Positions 16,101 through 22,918 of a stretch of DNA of 32,000 nucleotides are shown here, in pieces. The translations under genes and the position numbers were made by a program. This DNA comes from Opitutia bacterium KCR 482. Its GTDB lineage: Bacteria; Verrucomicrobiota; Verrucomicrobiia; Opitutales; Intestinicryptomonadaceae. The notes beneath the pieces were generated by a model, which was not told where the DNA came from, did no database searches, and worked only from the letters and a program-made list of their open reading frames with translations. The stretch's first letter is position 1. Each line of letters begins with the position of its first letter. Location: positions 1,140,001-1,172,000 of the forward strand of contig CP149973.1 in assembly GCA_029269845.2 (NCBI GenBank), read 5' to 3'.

Positions 16101-17114
16101 TGCGCCTTTACCGCCCATAACTACATTGCCTGCGGAATCGCCGAGGACGGTCGTCTTGTCGAAGGTGTGGTTTACAAGGTCTGCCTGTGTGTATTCGTGG
16201 TTGCCGCCGAAGTAGATGTAGCCGCAATTTGCGTCGACCTTGCCGCCAGCGCGCGAATTATTGGCAATTATTGCCTTGTTGCCATACATAAACACGTTTC
16301 CGTTTGTTGTCGTGTCGGAATGGGAATCTATTGTTATGGTCTTTCTTGCGTCGCCCGCAGCACCCGCAAGTTCGAGTGTTCCGCCCGTATCGCCGACAAA
16401 TACAACATTGTCGGCAAGTTTTGTTTCAAGCTTTATGGAAGAAGACTCTCTGGCAACATAAGAACCCGAAAAGTTCGAAATGTCGCCTTTAATCGCTACA
16501 TTTGCGGGAGCGGCGTTTTCGAGGATTTTATCGCCCTCAAAATTGAGGTTTTCCCGCGTCCTTGCCGAAATTGTTCCTGCACCTTCGATTTTACCGTTAA
16601 GCGTGTAGTTGCCGTTTGTAAATGACAATTCCGTATTTTCTTCCAGATTAAAAGCCTTAATATTGGAGGGATTATTTGTGCCCGAAAGGAAATACGCTCC
16701 CGACCCCTTTCTGTTGCCCTGCTCGTTTACCGCGGTAAAAAGAGTGAGTGTTCCGCCGAAATTCGAGAAATTACTTTCTTGCGATATGTAAACGCCTCTG
16801 CCGAAACGGATTTCTCCCGCTCCCGAAACTTTTTTGACGTCATACAACCTGTATGTGTCTTGGTCGGAAGCTTTGACCTCGAAGATACCGTCAATCGACA
16901 TACTGCCGACATTTACAACCGGACCTTTATGGAGTGTTCCGTCGGGCAAACCGCCGTCGCGATAATACGCGCCCGAAGCCTGCACATATTCTCCGTTCGC
17001 AATGTCGAAGCTTTCGACATCTTCGATAGACTCGACAGTTTTAGTAGGTTCTACCGCCATTGCCGCGCCCGCAAAGAGCGCGAATGTCGACAATACAATC
17101 AATGATTTTTTCAT
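13113..17114 (-). CDS. giant secreted beta-helix repeat protein with PEP-CTERM sorting signal (Pmp-like / adhesin-like)
   Basis: The ATG at 17114 is preceded by AAGGTGG (the track ORF starts at a GTG at 17123). Signal peptide MKKSLIVLSTFALFAGAAMA/VEP. Gly/Asn/Thr-rich repeats. GGAI/FxxN-type pairs (FTNNSAGLGGAIYV, FSGNTATNGGFLYM). C-terminus IPEPSTYAAILGVLALGLAVYRRRK is a PEP motif, TM helix and basic tail. Confidence 0.9.
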   Translation of the reverse strand: MKKSLIVLSTFALFAGAAMAVEPTKTVESIEDVESFDIANGEYVQASGAYYRDGGLPDGTLHKGPVVNVGSMSIDGIFEVKASDQDTYRLYDVKKVSGAGEIRFGRGVYISQESNFSNFGGTLTLFTAVNEQGNRKGSGAYFLSGTNNPSNIKAFNLEENTELSFTNGNYTLNGKIEGAGTISARTRENLNFEGDKILENAAPANVAIKGDISNFSGSYVARESSSIKLETKLADNVVFVGDTGGTLELAGAAGDARKTITIDSHSDTTTNGNVFMYGNKAIIANNSRAGGKVDANCGYIYFGGNHEYTQADLVNHTFDKTTVLGDSAGNVVMGGKGAGALTAKGISAKVEDGVKIGTLVIGGADGATVEGNTQVIVDSGEIGAIYGGLNGVHNGATTIVVNGGKVGNIYGADGVGGTVNGNTTISVKDATVNQIYGSNYAYDKADETKFGGINGNIYITVDGNSKVGQIRGGINTNRQESEEIAKEKMVLGGNVNVNVKGNAVVGDGSVAIIGGGGSYGSVKEHVSIKISENATVNGDVFAGANSVNNDTRGNLPYVGTDTWLSVNDNATVNGNLFGGSRRFGVVKNNAYTNINGGTVNGNVYGGGQQGSTVEGMTAVRANGGVINGDIYGGGRNGGVVNKQTHVQTYEGATVAGNVYGGGENDTVKGNTQIEIYGNSDIKGDIYGGGKGADSKVIGNSSIRFVSNSNFTGTVDGAGQDGGTVAGTRILTFGGWQNGDKWDGDFNGKIKNINSIVLTNGSNVSNLKFDMAEPMSFGGEGTLEVITNLDGKNIDSKYLVNVLGSAPLDITFKNSTFSGNAINNNSYGVFLHWGAGKMALDGTTIEDNSITRNDGEKIQGILYYNGSGSGEVVNTVLKNNTVSATQVQSSGVFAYKQNLDIKGSQFIGNKSIGSNGSKLTNGAVYVENQSDTAKIVNISDTLFDGNSAENTGDASMGKGGALAVVKRFKGGKALGAGAEVVLNDAAFTNNSAGLGGAIYVGGETLTLNATKSATFSGNTATNGGFLYMDNGEAGSTASAKVSLNVADGATLTIGTTGGASDSIAGVESATLSKLGAGSLNVNGSMADFKGSLIVSAGVMNANNGLGAKSVSIANGATLGVALGNGALENASVANNGTLSLKRGTLADGATFALSNYSGEEGAVKAYGGILSGGTFTAGKSESFVSSAITVGTGANDVQSVKLSDKLSLDFDVSGLGEAALSVNEIKASTDLGGIKGDVLAAFDVDLSDNGNTYSVVFSAHVGAVEDASKLLAWHKGADGVWTKLDTAIDYADEIASIMVDGFSSYAFSQIPEPSTYAAILGVLALGLAVYRRRK
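14034..14669 (-). repeat. FxxN ... GGA(I/L)-type repeat pairs (polymorphic-membrane-protein-like) inside the giant gene
   Basis: aa 819-1030: FSGNAINN, FIGNKSIG...NGAVYV, FDGNSAEN...GGALAV, FTNNSAGLGGAIYV, FSGNTATNGGFLYM. Confidence 0.6.
15048..15971 (-). repeat. protein-level tandem repeats x-V-x-G-(N/D)-(I/V)-(Y/F)-G-G-G inside the giant gene
   Basis: About 12 recognisable copies between aa 384 and 692 of the track ORF (GAIYGG, GNIYGADG, NQIYGS, GQIRGG, GDVFAG, GNLFGG, GNVYGGG, GDIYGGG, GNVYGGG, GDIYGGG...). The last five are spaced 27-28 aa apart. Confidence 0.7.
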
Positions 17115-17162
17115 AGTTGCCACCTTGAATATTATGTTCTAATTTAAAATTGAATGGCGGAG

Positions 17163-17183
17163 CATAGTATTCAGAATACTATG
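17163..17183. repeat. perfect 21-bp palindrome CATAGTATTC-A-GAATACTATG (P1)
   Basis: Read directly. The arms 17163-17172 and 17174-17183 are exact reverse complements. It lies 49 nt upstream of the giant gene ATG. Confidence 0.9.
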
Positions 17184-17342
17184 GTTTTTCCCAATTTCAC
17201 ATTACATTGAAGCGCAGCAATTAAGATGAACAGATAAGCTGCAAAAAGACAACGCTGCCGTGCGGCCGCATTATTAAAGATTCACCACAACATACTAACG
17301 GTTAAGCACAAAAATCCGTCCGCTATAAAAATTATTTGACAG

Positions 17343-17361
17343 CAGTATTCTGAATACTATG
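17343..17361. repeat. second copy of the palindrome, AGTATTC-T-GAATACT(ATG) (P2), inverted relative to P1
   Basis: AGTATTCTGAATACTATG (17344-17361) is identical to the reverse complement of P1 over 18 nt. The centres are 178 bp apart. Confidence 0.9.
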
Positions 17362-17377
17362 TCCGTACAAATTGGTC

Positions 17378-17410
17378 AAAAAAAAATTTTTTCGGCAGTG
17401 CCGCAAAAAA
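17378..17410 (-). terminator. probable intrinsic terminator of the ruvB-oxidoreductase operon
   Basis: The minus strand reads UUUUUU-G-CGGC-ACU-GCCG-AAAAAA, followed directly by U9 (plus-strand A9 at 17378-17386). It lies about 67 nt downstream of the oxidoreductase stop. The stem is A/U-rich, so confidence is moderate. Confidence 0.45.
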
Positions 17411-17476
17411 CGGAAAATCGGCGGGCGCGAAAGCGCGCGAGTGCGCCGAAAGCTGAAAGTCGGCGCGCGCCGCGAG

Positions 17477-18550
17477 TCAGGCCTTCGGGAAAAACTTTCT
17501 GGCGTGCCGCGCCAAGTCGGCCTCCGAATCGAGCGCGGTTTTGCCGTCGAGCCAGTCGCAAAAGTGCTTTGCGAAGTACGGGCTTAGCGCGTAGCCTTTC
17601 GAGCCGAAGCCGTTGAACGAAAGCAGCCGCGAATCGGCGGGGTGCGCCCCCAAGTGCGGGCGCGTCGTTGCGGTGCACGGCCTAACCCCCGCGCTGTGCG
17701 ACACTACATCGAACGCGTATTTTTTGCCGAACATGTTGGGAGCCGCCGCCAGAAGCTCGGCGCGGGCGGCGTCGGTAGGCTCGGAGTCGAGGCGTTCCCT
17801 GTCCCAAGTAGAGCCGATTCGGAAGAGTCCGTCGCCGCATTTCATAATCCAGTTGCCCCTGTGTATGATATGCGGCGGAACTTCGGCGTCGGAGCGTATC
17901 GACAGAATTTCGCCCTTTGCGGGACGGTAGGGCAGCCACGAAAAATAGGGGTTTTTTTGCGCGCGCCAGCCCTCGCAGAAAACGATTTTCCGCGCGGAAA
18001 GCCCGCCGTACGAAAGCGTTTCGCCCGACGTGTCGAGCTTCGCATAGTCGAACCTTTCGCGGACGAGAACGCCGCGCGACTCGAAGTACTTTTTGAACGC
18101 CTCCATTGCCTGCTGCGTTTCTACCCACGCGGAATGCTCTATGAAAAACGAGCCGTTCGAGTCGTTGAGCGCGTCGAAAAAGCCCGCGGGGTGCGATTCG
18201 CCGAGAAATTCGGCGTAGTCGGGAAGTTCGGCGCGTGTTGTCCAAAGTTCGCGCTCTTCGGGCGAGCGGCATAGTTGGAGGATTTTTCTGTCGTGAAAAA
18301 ACTCCGCCCCAAGCTTAGACTCCAACGCGCGGTAGAACTTTTTTGCGTAGGGGTGCGCCAGACCGCTCCGCCAGCTTTTGACAAGCCGCTTACCCGTTAT
18401 CGGGTTAATGACGCCCGCGGCGACAAGGCAGGCGGCGTCGCGCCACGATTCGTCGAAAATTTCAATCTTTGCGCCGCGTTCGAGAAGCTCGAACGCAAGG
18501 CAGGAACCCGCAATGCCCTGCCCCACTATTATGTAGTCGAGCGTATCCAT
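17477..18550 (-). CDS. FAD-dependent oxidoreductase (DAO/glycine-oxidase-like family)
   Basis: The ATG at 18550 overlaps the ruvB stop (ATGA). N-terminal YIIVGQGIAGSCLAFELLERGAKIEIFDE dinucleotide fold, and a C-terminal GFGSKGYALSP block typical of DAO-family enzymes. The substrate is not inferable. Confidence 0.75.
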   Translation of the reverse strand: MDTLDYIIVGQGIAGSCLAFELLERGAKIEIFDESWRDAACLVAAGVINPITGKRLVKSWRSGLAHPYAKKFYRALESKLGAEFFHDRKILQLCRSPEERELWTTRAELPDYAEFLGESHPAGFFDALNDSNGSFFIEHSAWVETQQAMEAFKKYFESRGVLVRERFDYAKLDTSGETLSYGGLSARKIVFCEGWRAQKNPYFSWLPYRPAKGEILSIRSDAEVPPHIIHRGNWIMKCGDGLFRIGSTWDRERLDSEPTDAARAELLAAAPNMFGKKYAFDVVSHSAGVRPCTATTRPHLGAHPADSRLLSFNGFGSKGYALSPYFAKHFCDWLDGKTALDSEADLARHARKFFPKA

Positions 18551-19572
18551 CAGAAAAGGTCGCCCTGCCGCGCGATTCCGCCAAGCCCGAGCACGCGCCA
18601 AGCCTTGTCGGTGAGCACGCGCCCCTGCGGGGTGCGCTTCACGAATCCCTCCTGAATGAGGTAGGGTTCGTGGACTTCTTCGAGAGTGTCGGCCTCCTCG
18701 TTGACGGCGACGGCTACCGTTCCAAGCCCGACGGGCCCGCCGCCGTAGTTTTGCGCCATGACGCGGAGCATGCGCTTGTCCATTTCGTCAAGCCCGTTTT
18801 CGTCGATTTCCAAAAGTTCGAGGGCGGAGACTGCGACGTCGCGCGTGATTTTCCCGCCCGCGCGTTCCTCGGCGTAGTCTCGCACAAAGCGTATGAGGTT
18901 GTTTGCTATGCGCGGAGTGCCGCGCGAGCGTCGGGCGATTTCGTCCGCGCCGTTTTTGTCGATGCGCACGCCGAGCAGGTCGCACGAGCGCAGGACGATT
19001 GAAACCAAATCCGCCCGCGAATAGTAGTCGAGCCGCGTTTGCAGCGTGAAGCGGCTGCGTAGCGGCGACGACAGCATGCCCGTGCGCGTGGTAGCCCCGA
19101 TTAGCGTAAATTTCGGCACGTTCAGCCGCACGCTCCGCGCGTTCGGCCCCTGGTCAATCATGATGTCGATTCGGAAGTCCTCCATCGCGCTGTAAAGAAA
19201 TTCCTCTACGGTGCGCGAAATGCGGTGGATTTCGTCGATAAAGAGAATGTCGCCCTCTTGGAGGTTCGTAAGAAGCCCCGCGAGGTCGGACGCCTTTTCT
19301 ACGACAGGGCCCGAAGTTATGCGAACCTGCGCTCCCATCTCGTTGCCCAAGATGAACGCGAGCGTGGTTTTGCCGAGACCGGGGGGGCCGTGGAGCAAAA
19401 TGTGGCTGAGGGTGTCGCCGCGTTTCTTCGCAGCTCCTACCATCACTTTCAGCCGCTCGACCGTCTTGGGCTGCCCCGCGAATGCGTCGAAGCCAGACGG
19501 ACGCAGGGACGATTCGAAATCGTCCTCCCTGCGTTCGAGCGCGTCTTGGAGATAGTCGCTTCCTTTTTCCAT
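18550..19572 (-). CDS. ruvB: Holliday junction branch migration ATPase RuvB
   Basis: 340 aa from the ATG at 19572: [13 protein letters not shown], Walker [12 protein letters not shown], Walker [37 protein letters not shown]. The 169-aa N-terminal extension of the track ORF is antisense to recF and was discarded. Confidence 0.93.
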   Translation of the reverse strand: MEKGSDYLQDALERREDDFESSLRPSGFDAFAGQPKTVERLKVMVGAAKKRGDTLSHILLHGPPGLGKTTLAFILGNEMGAQVRITSGPVVEKASDLAGLLTNLQEGDILFIDEIHRISRTVEEFLYSAMEDFRIDIMIDQGPNARSVRLNVPKFTLIGATTRTGMLSSPLRSRFTLQTRLDYYSRADLVSIVLRSCDLLGVRIDKNGADEIARRSRGTPRIANNLIRFVRDYAEERAGGKITRDVAVSALELLEIDENGLDEMDKRMLRVMAQNYGGGPVGLGTVAVAVNEEADTLEEVHEPYLIQEGFVKRTPQGRVLTDKAWRVLGLGGIARQGDLF

Positions 19573-19580
19573 TTTGCCGA

Positions 19581-19605
19581 AAATTTGCGTTGATGAAATT
19601 TGCGT
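19581..19605. repeat. direct repeat AAATTTGCGT x2 (15-bp register) in the ruvB/recF divergent spacer
   Basis: Exact 10-mers at 19581-19590 and 19596-19605. A degenerate third TTTGCC lies at 19573-19578. Confidence 0.85.
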
Positions 19606-19630
19606 CCACCCTACACTTCTTTCCGATTTT

Positions 19631-20704
19631 GTGAAGATTAATTTTGTAAGGCTCGAAAATTTCAGGAATGTGGAGTTTGCCGACGTGCGGCTCGACGCGC
19701 AAAGCGTGTGGATTCGCGGCAAAAACGCGCAGGGGAAGACCAACCTGTTGGAGTCGCTCGGAATGCTTTGCGCTCTGCGCTCGTTCAGGACATCGGACAT
19801 GTCGGCAATAGTCGCGTGCGGCAAAGACGAGGCGCGGATTCTCGCGGGGGTTGAGCACGAAAAATTCGGCGAGTGCGAAATCCTGATTTCCGTTTCCGAC
19901 AAGCGGCGCGTTTCGGTCAACGGCGAAGAGACCAAATTTTCCGACTTCATCGGCAAATTCCCCGCGCTCGCAATGGGCAACGAAGACATCAGGCTTCTGA
20001 GAGGCTCGCCCGAAAACCGCAGGAAAGACGCCGACATGTTCGTTTCATCGCTCGACGCCGAATATTTCGCCGCCCTCAAAACCTACCACGCCGCCCTCGC
20101 GCACCGCAACGCGCTTCTGCGCGGCGGCGAAACGGGCGAATCGGCGTACCTGCCGTTCGAAATTCAGATGGCGGAGGCCGCCGCAAAAATCCTGTCGGCG
20201 AGGCGCGGGATATTGGGAGAGCTCGGCAGGCGCGCTACCGAAAAATACGAAATCCTCGCGCGGGAAAACGGCGAAAGCGCGGAAATAAAAATCAGGCCCA
20301 ACTGCGACGCCGAATCGCCCGCCGCCCTGCTGAAAATCCTCGCCGAACACAGGGCGAAGGACATCGAACGCCGCGCAACCTCGCACGGGCCGCACCGCGA
20401 CGACTTCAAAATACTCGTCGGCGGCAGGGACGCGAAAACGTACGCGTCGGAGGGGCAGCAGAGGTCGGCGGTAATCGCGCTGAAACTCGCGCAGTTCGAA
20501 ATTCTGCGCGACACTCTCGGCGTCCGACCGACCGTTCTTTGCGACGACATTTTGGGAGAGCTTGACGCCTCGCGCCGCTCCGCGTTCTGGTCTTGCGTGG
20601 ACGCCGACGCGCAGATTGTGGCGACCTCCACAACCGACGCCCCGACCGACGCCGCAAGGGGCGTCTGGAAAACAATCACAGCCCGCGCGGGAACTTTCGA
20701 ATGA
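19631..20704 (+). CDS. recF: DNA replication and repair protein RecF
   Basis: Walker [15 protein letters not shown], RecF signature [34 protein letters not shown]. The GTG at 19631 gives (M)[15 protein letters not shown], which puts FRN at the same N-terminal register as characterised RecF proteins. The track ORF starts at a TTG at 19574, only 1 nt from the ruvB start. Confidence 0.85.
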   Translation: MKINFVRLENFRNVEFADVRLDAQSVWIRGKNAQGKTNLLESLGMLCALRSFRTSDMSAIVACGKDEARILAGVEHEKFGECEILISVSDKRRVSVNGEETKFSDFIGKFPALAMGNEDIRLLRGSPENRRKDADMFVSSLDAEYFAALKTYHAALAHRNALLRGGETGESAYLPFEIQMAEAAAKILSARRGILGELGRRATEKYEILARENGESAEIKIRPNCDAESPAALLKILAEHRAKDIERRATSHGPHRDDFKILVGGRDAKTYASEGQQRSAVIALKLAQFEILRDTLGVRPTVLCDDILGELDASRRSAFWSCVDADAQIVATSTTDAPTDAARGVWKTITARAGTFE

Positions 20705-21675
20705 ACCCCGTTCTTGCAAAACTTTTCGGCGAACACGCCCGCGGGAACTCCGCAAAAATTCCGTGGGAAACTTTCATCGACGCCTGCCTCTACGACGCCG
20801 AATTCGGCTACTACCGCAAAGACAAACTGCGCGTGGGCGGCGACGGCGCGGACTTCTACACGTCGGCAAGCCTCAAAGAAAGGGTGTTCTCGGAGCTTGT
20901 GTTTGAGTCCGCAAAAAGCCTTCTGGCGGAGCGCGGCGCGGACATCGCAGGCTTCGAATTCTACGAAATCGGCGCGGAGCCGAACACGCGCATAATCGAA
21001 AACTCGAAAGTCGCGCGGCTCGGCGACCCAATCGAAATTCCGCCGAACGCCGTCGTAATTTCCAACGAGCTTCTCGACGCCCGCCCGTTCTCGCGCTTCC
21101 GCTTCGGCGGCGGCAAGTGGCGCAAGGGCTTTGCGGAAATCGAAAAGTCGGGCGGCGGATTCGGCGTTTGCGAAATTTTCGGCGAAGCGGACGCCGCCGA
21201 AACCGCAATGCTCGAAAAATATTTTCCCCGCGCGAAAGTGGAGGGGTTCAGGATAGACGCTTCGTTCGACGCCCTCGAACTCTTCGAAAAAATCTGCGCC
21301 CAAACGCGGCGCGGCGCGATAATTTTTGCCGACTATTTCAGAACCGCCGCCGAGCTTTCCGAACTGCCCTTCGGCACGGCGCGCGGATACTTCAAGCATG
21401 CGGATTTCGCCGACATCGCGCGGAACGCGGGCGACGCCGACATCACGTTTTCGCCGTGCTCCGACATGCTCGCAGACATCGCGGGCAAATGCGGATTTTG
21501 CGGAATTTCTACGGAGACGCAGGAGTCGTTTTTCATGCGGCGCGCGCGGGGAAAAATCCGCGAGATTGCCGAATCTCCCAACCCGCTCGACTTCCGCAAG
21601 CGCGAGCTTGCGCAACTGCTAAGCCCCGTCCACATGGGAGCGGCGTTCAGGGTGTTTTCGGCGGTAAAACTTTAA
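20701..21675 (+). CDS. DUF185 / MidA (NDUFAF7)-like putative SAM-dependent methyltransferase
   Basis: The ATG at 20701 overlaps the recF stop (ATGA). FIDACLYDAEFGYYRK and VISNELLDARPF match the MidA-family N-terminal and motif-II-like blocks. Confidence 0.7.
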   Translation: MNPVLAKLFGEHARGNSAKIPWETFIDACLYDAEFGYYRKDKLRVGGDGADFYTSASLKERVFSELVFESAKSLLAERGADIAGFEFYEIGAEPNTRIIENSKVARLGDPIEIPPNAVVISNELLDARPFSRFRFGGGKWRKGFAEIEKSGGGFGVCEIFGEADAAETAMLEKYFPRAKVEGFRIDASFDALELFEKICAQTRRGAIIFADYFRTAAELSELPFGTARGYFKHADFADIARNAGDADITFSPCSDMLADIAGKCGFCGISTETQESFFMRRARGKIREIAESPNPLDFRKRELAQLLSPVHMGAAFRVFSAVKL

Positions 21676-21748
21676 GCGTTCGACAGCGCGGAGGCGGGGA
21701 AAAAATTCGCCTACAACACGCGCAACTCCGCGCAAAGAAACCGCGCGG

Positions 21749-22918
21749 CTATTCCGAGACTCTCGCCAGCAGCCACTCTGCGGCGGACATTTTCGACGGA
21801 GCGCGGAGCACCGATTTCAGCGTGCCCGCGTAGGCAAGAAATTCCGCGCGCGCCGATTCGCCGAGGCAGCCGCGCATGTATTCGGCAAGCGGCTTCGGGG
21901 AGGCGTCGAACTGTATGAACTCGCGCCACGCGGGCTTGTCGAGAATGATATTTGCTATGCTTAAATATTTAATATTGACAAGCGCGCGCCCCACTATGTA
22001 CGTCAGCGGGTTCGCCCTGTAAACAATCGCCCCCGGAATGCCCTCCAAAGAGCATGAAAGCGACATCGTTCCAGAGCTTGTCATCATCGCCTTTGCGGAG
22101 ACAACTTCCGACTCGTTGGCAATCAGGCGCACGCGCGGGGCGACGTCGGGATTGCGCGAAAGCGTGTCTTCGAGAATTTTGCGGATTGCCTCCGTCGGGT
22201 ACATCGCCACGGCGCGTTCTTCGGGGAGCATTCGCAACGCGCCGACCATCGTCGGGAAAATGCGCGAAACCGCGATTCCCCTGCTGCCCGCAAGCAGCAA
22301 AATTTCGCCGTTTGCGTCGTAGCGCACGGGCGGCTTGTATTCGGGCGAAAGGAAGGGGTGGCCGACAAACGAAGTTTCGAGGGTCGTGTCTGCGTAGCAT
22401 TTTGTCTCGAACGGGAAAATCACCGCGAGCGAGTCGAGCACTTCCGCCATTTTGAAACGCCGTCCAGCCTTCCACGCCCAAATTTGTGGGCTGATGTAGT
22501 AGAGCATGCGCGTTCCGCCGCCGCCCTTTACGCTCACGCCGCGCTCTTTGAGCATTTTTGCGATGTGCAGGTTGAAGCCGGGATAGTCCACAAAGCACAC
22601 GGCTTTGGGCTTGTATTTTACAATCCAGTCCACGACGGCTTCGGAAAGTTTTTTGAAAAACCCGTAGTTTTTGAGAACCTCGAACAGCCCGACGACCGAA
22701 AAGCTTGTCATGTCGAAGAGCAGCTGCGCCCCCGCGCGGGCGAGGCACGCGCCGCCGAACGCGCAGACTTTAAGGTCGGGATTTTCCGCGCGGGCGGCGG
22801 AGACCATGCGCTCCGCCTGTTCGTCGCCAGAATGCTCGCCCGCAATGACAAGCACGTCGCACGCGCCCCGTTCGGGCGCGGCAAACGAAAACGTCCTTGT
22901 GGCGAGAACGTCGGGCAT
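21749..22918 (-). CDS. lpxB: lipid-A-disaccharide synthase
   Basis: 389 aa: VLVIAGEHSGDEQAERM...FGGACLARAGAQLLFDMTSFSVVGLFEVLKNY...DYPGFNLHIAK...YYISPQIWAWK, the typical LpxB pattern. Confidence 0.9.
   Translation of the reverse strand: MPDVLATRTFSFAAPERGACDVLVIAGEHSGDEQAERMVSAARAENPDLKVCAFGGACLARAGAQLLFDMTSFSVVGLFEVLKNYGFFKKLSEAVVDWIVKYKPKAVCFVDYPGFNLHIAKMLKERGVSVKGGGGTRMLYYISPQIWAWKAGRRFKMAEVLDSLAVIFPFETKCYADTTLETSFVGHPFLSPEYKPPVRYDANGEILLLAGSRGIAVSRIFPTMVGALRMLPEERAVAMYPTEAIRKILEDTLSRNPDVAPRVRLIANESEVVSAKAMMTSSGTMSLSCSLEGIPGAIVYRANPLTYIVGRALVNIKYLSIANIILDKPAWREFIQFDASPKPLAEYMRGCLGESARAEFLAYAGTLKSVLRAPSKMSAAEWLLARVSE

Noticed and set aside
14907-16625. 572-aa plus-strand ORF
   Set aside because: It lies entirely antisense to the giant PEP-CTERM gene. 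Its translation is low-complexity (Val/Ala/Asp/Arg-rich) with no motifs. The minus-strand product has a signal peptide, repeats and a sorting signal. Long stop-free antisense frames are expected in GC-rich, repeat-rich coding DNA.
17261-17270. GC palindrome TGCGGCCGCA as an independent regulatory site
   Set aside because: Short GC palindromes are common in GC-rich DNA. I note it only because it lies near the midpoint of the P1-P2 segment.
17359-17678. Several 70-100-aa Arg-rich ORFs on both strands
   Set aside because: They overlap the terminator region and the 3' end of the FAD oxidoreductase gene. Their composition is typical of wrong-frame GC-rich sequence.
19573-20079. 169-aa N-terminal extension of the ruvB ORF (track ORF 18550..20079)
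   Set aside because: The extension runs antisense through recF and has no RuvB similarity. A canonical RuvB N-terminus begins at the ATG at 19572.
20164-21615. 483-aa minus-strand ORF
   Set aside because: It is antisense to recF and the MidA-like gene, both of which carry clear family motifs. The translation is Arg/Ala-rich low complexity.
21728-21748. Hairpin CCGCGC-N9-GCGCGG between the MidA-like gene and lpxB as a terminator
   Set aside because: It has only a 6-bp stem, no flanking T/A tract, and abuts the lpxB stop codon. The evidence is insufficient.
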